Shown here one piece after another: positions 9,240-15,058 of a stretch of DNA of 24,000 nucleotides. The first letter of the stretch is position 1; each line of letters starts with the position of its first letter. Under the pieces are notes generated by a model, which made no database searches, was not told the DNA's origin, and saw only the letters and a list, made by a program, of their open reading frames with translations. Source of the stretch: Mobilitalea sibirica (GTDB lineage Bacteria > Bacillota > Clostridia > Lachnospirales > Lachnospiraceae); contig NZ_JAEAGR010000001.1 of the NCBI RefSeq assembly GCF_015999265.1, positions 387,330-411,329 on the forward strand. Direction: 5' to 3'. The position numbers and the translations under genes were made by a program.

Positions 9240-10022
9240 ATGAAGATTATTGAGTTATCATCTTTAAGACGGTTTAATTTTTTTATGGGAATACTACATT
9301 TCCTCCAAGGTTGTTTTATGCTTTTTGTATCATTGAATATAGAAAAGGTTAAAAGCTTTACACCAGCTATTTTATCATACTATTTAACCTTTGATACAAA
9401 TCAAATGCGCCTGGTTACTGATGTGAATGAATTATTTCATTTACCATTTGGTATTTTGGTTTCTGCCTTTTTATTTGTCTCTGCAATAGCCCATTTTATT
9501 ATTGTCTTACCCGGAACCAATGGAATATATAACAGAGGACTGGAGAAAGGAATTAATCATTTCCGATGGTATGAATATTCTATCAGTTCTTCTATTATGA
9601 TCGTACTAATCTCGGTTTTATTTGGGGTTTATGATATTGGTGCATTAATTTTAATCTTTGCAGTAAATGCATCTATGAACTTATTTGGTTTATTAATGGA
9701 AAAGATAAATCAGTTTACAAAAAAATCTGATTGGAGTCCTTTTATATATGGAACAATCGCCGGTATTGCTCCTTGGATTGTAATACTGCTATATGCATTT
9801 GGTAACAGTGAACCGGATAAAATTCCATGGTTTGTATATGCCATTGTCTCTTCCTACTTTATATTCTTTAATCTATTTCCGATTAATATGGTTCTTCAGT
9901 ATCTTAAGGTTGGAAGATGGAAGAACTATCTGTATGGTGAGAAAATTTACATTGTTTTAAGCTTGGTTGCAAAATCAATATTAGCATGGCTTGTTTTTTC
10001 CGGTGTTATGCAACCTAATTAA
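9240..10022 (+). CDS. Heliorhodopsin (7-TM retinal-binding protein)
   Basis: 260 aa, about 7 hydrophobic helices. AAAGGAG at 9226-9232 lies 7 nt before the ATG, and only 29 nt separate it from the upstream stop. Motifs: GILHFLQ (H20), AIAHFI (H85), FRWYEYSISSSIMIVLI (E112, codon 9573-9575), VNASMNLFG, YIVLSLVAKSILAWLVFSG (K245, codon 9972-9974). They align with the heliorhodopsin 48C12 motifs I recall: FRWVEYSLSSS, NASMILFG, YIVLSLVAKSALAW (Schiff-base Lys). Confidence 0.85.
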   Translation: MKIIELSSLRRFNFFMGILHFLQGCFMLFVSLNIEKVKSFTPAILSYYLTFDTNQMRLVTDVNELFHLPFGILVSAFLFVSAIAHFIIVLPGTNGIYNRGLEKGINHFRWYEYSISSSIMIVLISVLFGVYDIGALILIFAVNASMNLFGLLMEKINQFTKKSDWSPFIYGTIAGIAPWIVILLYAFGNSEPDKIPWFVYAIVSSYFIFFNLFPINMVLQYLKVGRWKNYLYGEKIYIVLSLVAKSILAWLVFSGVMQPN

Positions 10023-10312
10023 TTAAGTGGTATGAGAGATAATACTATAAGAAAGACCATGAATTAATAGATAACCACTAGATGCTTACTTAATTACATA
10101 AACCATTATTATAAGAATGAATAATGATGGCAATAAGTATATATTGTATTACAGAATTCTGAACATGAGATATCAGTGCCATTTGCACTGTGAATAATGA
10201 CGAAAGGCACTTTTATTCATGGGTTTATTATTATAGTATAACTATGTAGAGAATATCTACTAACATATACTTATGTCTCCCCCCCAATGACATAGTGATC
10301 CTTTTTTCCACC

Positions 10313-10350
10313 TTAAGATACGCCCTGTTATGTAACAGGGCGTATCTTAA
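10313..10350. repeat. Perfect inverted repeat with 18-nt arms and a 2-nt spacer (strong hairpin or operator candidate)
   Basis: TTAAGATACGCCCTGTTA TG TAACAGGGCGTATCTTAA, read directly. It has a GC-rich core in an AT-rich spacer. A T6 run lies just upstream (10302-10307) and no T-run follows. It ends about 4 nt before the AAAGGAG at 10354-10360. Confidence 0.7.
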
Positions 10351-10399
10351 ATCAAAGGAGACTTTTTAATTGGAAACTATAATGCTGAGGAGTGGTACT

Positions 10400-11335
10400 A
10401 TGGAAAAAACAGAAATTATTATTCATACTAAATTAACAATTGGAGTTAGTGCATGTTGTATGGGAAGTCCAGTAAGATACAACGGAAAGGGGTGGGATTT
10501 ACTTAAAAATCTAGGACGGGAAAAGAATGATTTTCGATGGTGTCCTGTTTGTCCTGAGTGTATGGCCGGTTTAGGAGTGTTAAGAGAACCTATACGTCTG
10601 TCTGGAGGAGATGGAACTAAAGTATGGACCGGAGATGCTGAAGTGAAAAATCGTAAAGGTGAGATTGTTACTAATAAGGTGATAGAAGGTGCTTTAGCAT
10701 GTATAGAGGCCTTAAGCAGGGCTGGTGCCATAGCATATGTGTATATGGACGGAAGTCCCTCCTGCGGAGTGTACCGGACAACCCTAAAAAATACAAACAG
10801 AGGAAATCCTCCAGGTGTTTTTGGTGCAAAACTTTTGGAACTTGGATTTTTCCTAATACCGGCATCTGATTTACAAAGTCCACTAAAGTGGTGGGATTGG
10901 AGGAGACGTTTATTAGCTTTTTATTGGTTGAAAAATGTGCCATTGGATTCGAAAAACCAATTATATGAGGCTTGGTATAAAACAAAATTCTTATGCAGAG
11001 AGCTTAATCAAGAATGGACTCAAAATATTGGAAGAAATCTTGCATTAATCGTAGAAGAAGATGTTAAGGAGTTTGGTGATAGGTTTCGTAAGGAAGCCTT
11101 GGATTTACTTCGAAAGCCTTCTAATACAAAAAAAATTACCAATAGTTTATGGGCACAGTATTCATATTATAAAAAACTTCAAGGAAAATCAATAGAAGAA
11201 ATAAATGCTCCGGAAATCAAAAGAAATGTTACGTCAATTGCAAAAGAACTGTTACTTATGGAACGAAAAGCACATGAAGATAAAGTGTTTTTTGGCACTT
11301 CTCCTGTGCTTTATCGCGATAAAAGAAGCAATTAG
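10400..11335 (+). CDS. DUF523 (TudS-like [4Fe-4S] 2-thiouracil desulfidase domain) fused to DUF1722 (YbgA-like)
   Basis: N-terminal IGVSACCMGSPVRYNGKG, CPVCPECMAGLGVLREP and DGSPSCGV give the three-Cys DUF523 pattern. The C-terminal ~170 aa are helical and Trp-rich (WWDWRRRLLAFYWLK...), like YbgA/DUF1722. I prefer ATG 10400 (GAGGAG at 10387-10392). The track start TTG 10370 (AAAGGAG at 10354-10360) cannot be excluded. Confidence 0.8.
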   Translation: MEKTEIIIHTKLTIGVSACCMGSPVRYNGKGWDLLKNLGREKNDFRWCPVCPECMAGLGVLREPIRLSGGDGTKVWTGDAEVKNRKGEIVTNKVIEGALACIEALSRAGAIAYVYMDGSPSCGVYRTTLKNTNRGNPPGVFGAKLLELGFFLIPASDLQSPLKWWDWRRRLLAFYWLKNVPLDSKNQLYEAWYKTKFLCRELNQEWTQNIGRNLALIVEEDVKEFGDRFRKEALDLLRKPSNTKKITNSLWAQYSYYKKLQGKSIEEINAPEIKRNVTSIAKELLLMERKAHEDKVFFGTSPVLYRDKRSN

Positions 11336-11354
11336 GAGAGGAGGATTAATTACA

Positions 11355-12113
11355 ATGATTCATACGATGCTTTTTATTTTTGCCTATTTTCTATTATTCT
11401 TTATCATAGGAACGATAAGAAAAAACAATTCTATTGTAGATATAGGATGGGGATTAGGATTCGTTGCAGTCGCTTGGGACATACTTCTGATTACAGATGA
11501 AATCAAACTAAGTCAATGGCTTATTGTTCTATGTGTTTCTACTTGGGGTTTAAGGTTATTTATACATATTTATAAACGAAATAAAGGAAAGCCAGAGGAC
11601 TTTCGGTACGCAGCTTGGAGGAGAGAATGGGGAAAATGGCTCATACCCAGATCATTTTTTCAAATCTATATGCTACAAGCGTTTTTTATGTTTATAATCG
11701 CACTCCCAATTATTTTTACCCGGTATATTAATGATGAAGTACAATTAGGAATACTTATCATTGGATTCTTAATTTGGATAACTGGGTTTTGCTTTGAAGT
11801 GGTAAGCGACAATCAACTGAGAGTTTTTTTAAAGAAACAGGAAAATAGAGGTAAGCTTATGATGGATGGTCTCTGGCGCTTTACCAGACATCCTAATTAT
11901 TTTGGCGAAGCTACCTTGTGGTGGGGAATATATTTAATGGCATTGAGCTTAGGAGTGCCGGTACTTACAATTATCAGCCCAATTACGATCACTGTGCTTT
12001 TAGTTTTTGTATCTGGAATTCCCCTGTTAGAGAATTCAATGAAAAACAAACCAGAGTATCAAGAATATGCTGAAAAGACGAGTATATTTATACCCTGGTT
12101 TCCAAAAAAATAG
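11355..12113 (+). CDS. DUF1295 family polytopic membrane protein (steroid-5-alpha-reductase / ICMT-like fold)
   Basis: SIVDIGWGLGFV, WGLRLFIHIYKRNKGKPEDFRY and LWRFTRHPNYFGEATLWWG are the hallmark DUF1295 motifs. I prefer ATG 11355, with GGAGAGGAGG at 11335-11344. The 11205 start in the track would overlap the upstream gene by 131 nt. Confidence 0.8.
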   Translation: MIHTMLFIFAYFLLFFIIGTIRKNNSIVDIGWGLGFVAVAWDILLITDEIKLSQWLIVLCVSTWGLRLFIHIYKRNKGKPEDFRYAAWRREWGKWLIPRSFFQIYMLQAFFMFIIALPIIFTRYINDEVQLGILIIGFLIWITGFCFEVVSDNQLRVFLKKQENRGKLMMDGLWRFTRHPNYFGEATLWWGIYLMALSLGVPVLTIISPITITVLLVFVSGIPLLENSMKNKPEYQEYAEKTSIFIPWFPKK

Positions 12114-12130
12114 TGGAGGTAATAATTATT

Positions 12131-12526
12131 ATGCAACTTATCCGTAATTACATAATTACTCTTGTGGTGTTTTTAATCATTGATATGGTTTGGCTTTCTG
12201 TTATAGCAAGGCCAATCTATAAAAAGTATCTGGGATACATAATGGCTGAAAAAGTCAATCTTTTTGCTGCGTTTTTGTTCTATACCATCTTTATACTTGG
12301 AATTGTAGTATTTGTACTTAATCCAGCATTTATGAAAGGTAATTGGTCTTCAGCTTTACTTATGGGAGCATTCTTTGGTTTAGTAACCTATTCAACCTAC
12401 GACCTTACAAATCTTGCGACTGTGAAAGAGTGGCCCATATTTATTACGGTAGTTGACTTATTATGGGGAAGTTTTGTAAGTGGAATTACTTCATTAATTA
12501 GTTATCTGATTATAAAATCAATGTAA
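12131..12526 (+). CDS. DUF2177 family small membrane protein
   Basis: 131 aa, 4 predicted TM helices. LVVFLIIDMVWL...Y...L and GLVTYSTYDLTNLATVKEWP...VDLLWG match the DUF2177 pattern I recall. GGAGG at 12115-12119 precedes ATG 12131. The alternative GTG 12113 overlaps the upstream stop. Confidence 0.7.
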   Translation: MQLIRNYIITLVVFLIIDMVWLSVIARPIYKKYLGYIMAEKVNLFAAFLFYTIFILGIVVFVLNPAFMKGNWSSALLMGAFFGLVTYSTYDLTNLATVKEWPIFITVVDLLWGSFVSGITSLISYLIIKSM

Positions 12527-12548
12527 TAAAAGAGTGCTTTTTGCATTT

Positions 12549-12578
12549 CTTAAGATGACTTATGGCACTTATCTTAAG
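12549..12578. repeat. Inverted repeat CTTAAGAT-N14-ATCTTAAG downstream of the DUF2177 gene
   Basis: Read directly: CTTAAGAT (12549-12556) and ATCTTAAG (12571-12578). The arm sequences CTTAAGAT and TATCTTAA are the same 8-mers that form the outer arms of the 10313-10350 palindrome. It may be a weak terminator hairpin or a shared protein-binding motif. Confidence 0.4.
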
Positions 12579-12714
12579 TGTTTAAAAATTATAAAATTAG
12601 ATAGAAACTTGATATGTCAAGCAAAACTTATTAAAAATGTCATCATTAAAGCAATCTTTTGGCAGGCATATGTATTTGGCAAACTGAAAAATTATAATAA
12701 TGGAGGAAAAACTA

Positions 12715-12873
12715 ATGAAAAAATATGAATGCCCATGTGGCTATGTTTACGATCCTATTGCAGGGGATCTTGAAAACGGGATTGAACCTGGGACTACTTG
12801 GGAAGAGCTTCCTGATACATGGACTTGTCCATTATGTGGTCTTGAAAAAGAAACCTTTACTGAAGTTGAATAA
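12715..12873 (+). CDS. Rubredoxin (52 aa), absent from the ORF track because of its size
   Basis: My translation: [57 protein letters not shown] at 12702-12706 lies 8 nt before the ATG. It aligns with Clostridium pasteurianum rubredoxin (GY.YDP...G..PGT.F..LP..W.CP.CG). The first Cys knuckle reads C-P-C-G rather than C-x-x-C-G. Confidence 0.85.
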   Translation: MKKYECPCGYVYDPIAGDLENGIEPGTTWEELPDTWTCPLCGLEKETFTEVE

Positions 12874-12917
12874 TTATTTCTATGTTAAGTCAATAATTTA
12901 GAGAATGAGGGTTAAAA

Positions 12918-13304
12918 ATGAAAAAAAATCTTGAATTTTATAGGTGTAAGCATTGTGGAAATTTAATAGTTTTTATTAATAAATCTATAGAACAGGTGAC
13001 TTGTTGTAATGAAAAAATGATGAGTATTTCTCCCAACACAGTAGAAGCTTCTGTTGAAAAGCATTTACCGGTTGTTCGATTTGAAGGTAACAAAACTAGC
13101 GTATCTGTAGGTAGTATTGAACACCCCATGAATCCTGAGCATTATATTGAGTGGATCGTACTTGAGACAGATCATGGTTTCCGGATTGAATATCTGGAAC
13201 CAGGTAATAAACCTGAAGTATTCTTTAATAAGGATGAGGCTATGCCGATAGCCGTTTATGCATATTGTAATTTGCATGGATTATGGAAAACAGATATGGT
13301 ATAG
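12918..13304 (+). CDS. dfx: Desulfoferrodoxin (2Fe superoxide reductase)
   Basis: 128 aa. The N-terminal desulforedoxin-like site is YRCKHCGNLI...VTCCNEKM. The SOR domain has EKHLPVV, HPMNPEHYIEWI and AYCNLHGLWK (His/Cys ligands of centre II). It is collinear with Desulfovibrio Dfx as I recall it. Confidence 0.9.
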   Translation: MKKNLEFYRCKHCGNLIVFINKSIEQVTCCNEKMMSISPNTVEASVEKHLPVVRFEGNKTSVSVGSIEHPMNPEHYIEWIVLETDHGFRIEYLEPGNKPEVFFNKDEAMPIAVYAYCNLHGLWKTDMV

Positions 13305-13344
13305 ATTAAATATTTATGTATCATCATGTGAAAGGATGAAGCAA

Positions 13345-13857
13345 ATGCTAAACAAAGAAGTGCTACATTTATTAAATCAACAGATCAACAAAGAGCTGTA
13401 TTCCGCATATCTTTATTTGGATATGGCAAATTATTATGCAGATCAAAATCTTAGTGGATTTGAGAACTGGTTCTATGTACAGGCTCAAGAGGAACGTGAC
13501 CATGCAATGTTGTTTCGTCAGTATTTGATAAACAATGGCGAGCGTATCGTATTAGAAGAAATTGCTGCCCCGGATAAAAAATATATCTCATTTCGAGATC
13601 CCCTTATAATTTCTTTCGAGCATGAGAAATACGTAACAGATTCTATTAATATAATATACAATGCTGCAAATCAAATAAAAGATTTTCGTACAATGCAATT
13701 TTTAGATTGGTTTATCAAAGAGCAGGGTGAAGAAGAAAAGAATGCCGATGATAATATTAAAAAGTTTGATTTATTTGCCGGTGATTCAAAAGGACTTTTT
13801 ATGTTGGATAATGAGATGAAATCCAGAATTTATAATCCACCGTCTTTGCTATTATAA
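13345..13857 (+). CDS. ftn: Non-haem ferritin
   Basis: MLNKEVLHLLNQQINKELYSAYLYLDMANYY...QAQEERDHAM...EHEKYVTDSIN...FLDWFIKEQGEEE shows the ferroxidase-centre E, ExxH, E and QxxE pattern. I prefer ATG 13345 (AAAGGA about 8 nt upstream). The track start 13258 overlaps dfx and is unlikely. Confidence 0.85.
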   Translation: MLNKEVLHLLNQQINKELYSAYLYLDMANYYADQNLSGFENWFYVQAQEERDHAMLFRQYLINNGERIVLEEIAAPDKKYISFRDPLIISFEHEKYVTDSINIIYNAANQIKDFRTMQFLDWFIKEQGEEEKNADDNIKKFDLFAGDSKGLFMLDNEMKSRIYNPPSLLL

Positions 13858-14005
13858 AACGGAGTATATAATATAGTTGCTAATTCATAGAGGGGAATAT
13901 ATGTAGCTAGAGCCGGTGTTCAAGCTGATTTATACTGAGAGTATACGGTGGATCATACGGGAAGATAGATTGAGATGTAATTATAAAATAATAGAAATAA
14001 TCAGT

Positions 14006-14042
14006 AAAGGCTTGCATCAATTTGATGTAGGCTTTTATCTTT
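14006..14042 (+). terminator. Rho-independent terminator candidate downstream of ferritin
   Basis: AAAGGCTTGCATCA (14006-14019) pairs with TGATGTAGGCTTTT (14023-14036): 14 bp including 3 G-U pairs, with a 3-nt loop. A T-rich tail TTTTATCTTT follows. Confidence 0.5.
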
Positions 14043-14281
14043 AATATATTAAGTGCTATAAATCATTTTTGAAATATAAAATTGGATATTAATGCGGATC
14101 TGGTAGAAAATATCCGGTCATCACTGTAACTTTCGTTCATCCTACCTCGGACAAAATTCTCACCCACGCGCTCATAATTTCTTTCGAGAGAAGCATACCC
14201 GGGATTTTATAGTTGTTTTTGATTGGATACCGAATACGAATAGTTTCGCTGGAAACAATAAGATTTGGAGGTGATTTTACT

Positions 14282-15055
14282 ATGATATCACGAAAATCAG
14301 TTATAACGTTTGGTATGGTCGCAATCCCAATTGCGATGTTTACAGCTACACAGGATAACGACATTCATTTTAATCAGCTGCATAAGGAAGATAATAGTCG
14401 CATTCGTTACAAGAAAAGTTGTGCCCATTGTGGAAAAGAAATTAAAGGTGAAGATATTGTTAAGGGATTTGAGTATGATGATGACAAGTATGTCGTCATT
14501 ACAGACGAAGAAATAGAGAAAATTAAAACAGAAAAAGAAAAGTCAATCCAGATCTTACATTTTGCCCAGTTAAACCAGATTTCCCCTGTCTACTATGAAA
14601 AGACCTATCAGGCGGCCCCTGAGGCAGGAGGTGAAAAGGCCTTCGAGTTGCTCAGGTCTGCTTTGATGGCAGAACAAAAGATTGCCATAGGTAAAACTGT
14701 CCTGGGAACCAAGGATACACTGATGGCAATTATACCGCGGGAGGATGGTGTGCTCATTTCCACTATGCACTATGCTGACGAGGTTAAAGCGCTACAAAGA
14801 CAGTATAATAAGCCGAATATATCCGAACAGGAGCTTGGCATGGCAAAAATGCTAATCAATTCAATGGATACACCCTTTGATCCTTCGAAATATAAAGACG
14901 AATACCAGACAAGACTTCGGGAGCTTATCGAGACTAAAATATCCGGCAAAGAGGTTGTGGCTGCTGAACCTGTAAGCGAAGGTAAGGTAATTGATCTTAT
15001 GGAGGCCCTTAGAGCGAGCGTGGAAAAAGCAAAGACAGACAAAGAAACGGCTTAA
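14282..15055 (+). CDS. ku: Ku DNA end-binding protein (bacterial NHEJ)
   Basis: MISRKSVITFGMVAIPIAMFTAT...IRYKKSCAHCGKEIKGEDIVKGFEY...YVVITDEE...PVYYEKTYQAAPE..GEKAFELLRSAL is the canonical bacterial Ku core. GGAGG at 14267-14271 precedes ATG 14282. The track start 14213 is probably too early. Confidence 0.9.
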   Translation: MISRKSVITFGMVAIPIAMFTATQDNDIHFNQLHKEDNSRIRYKKSCAHCGKEIKGEDIVKGFEYDDDKYVVITDEEIEKIKTEKEKSIQILHFAQLNQISPVYYEKTYQAAPEAGGEKAFELLRSALMAEQKIAIGKTVLGTKDTLMAIIPREDGVLISTMHYADEVKALQRQYNKPNISEQELGMAKMLINSMDTPFDPSKYKDEYQTRLRELIETKISGKEVVAAEPVSEGKVIDLMEALRASVEKAKTDKETA

Positions 15056-15058
15056 TAT

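Noticed and set aside
10271-10299. C7 homopolymer (10279-10285) inside a small TATGTC/GACATA hairpin, considered as a phase-variable tract
   Set aside because: It is a single short tract more than 100 nt from the nearest start codon, is not positioned between -35/-10 elements I can identify, and I have no population data.
11205-11354. Long N-terminal extensions implied by track starts (11205 for DUF1295, 13258 for ferritin, 14213 for Ku, 12113 for DUF2177)
   Set aside because: The extensions overlap upstream genes or lack an RBS. In each case an internal ATG preceded by a GGAGG-type RBS coincides with the expected family N-terminus.
12693-12706. TTATAATAAT upstream of rubredoxin, considered as a PerR box (TTATAATNATTATAA)
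   Set aside because: Only the left half-site matches and the right half overlaps the GGAGG RBS, so this is insufficient for an operator call.
12534-12728. 64-aa + strand ORF in the DUF2177-rubredoxin spacer
   Set aside because: It has a GTG start with no RBS and a Lys/Ile-rich low-complexity product, and it overlaps the RBS and start of the real rubredoxin gene. The region is more plausibly promoter or leader DNA.
14174-14188. 15-nt exact repeat ATAATTTCTTTCGAG shared with the ferritin gene (13606-13620), considered as a ferritin pseudogene remnant
   Set aside because: The flanking sequence shows only chance-level identity (about 4/9 and 5/13). A single 15-mer match in 24 kb of AT-rich DNA is not significant.
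14232-14260. Forespore sigma-F/G-like promoter (GAATA-N14-GGAAACAATA) upstream of ku, considered by analogy with sigma-G control of B. subtilis ykoV-ykoU
   Set aside because: The spacing does not fit either consensus cleanly, and the predicted start would fall on the GGAGG RBS (14267-14271). The match is too weak to call without experimental data.
14137-14364. 75-aa minus-strand ORF across the ku start region
   Set aside because: It is antisense to the ku 5' end and its RBS, and shows no motif or RBS of its own.
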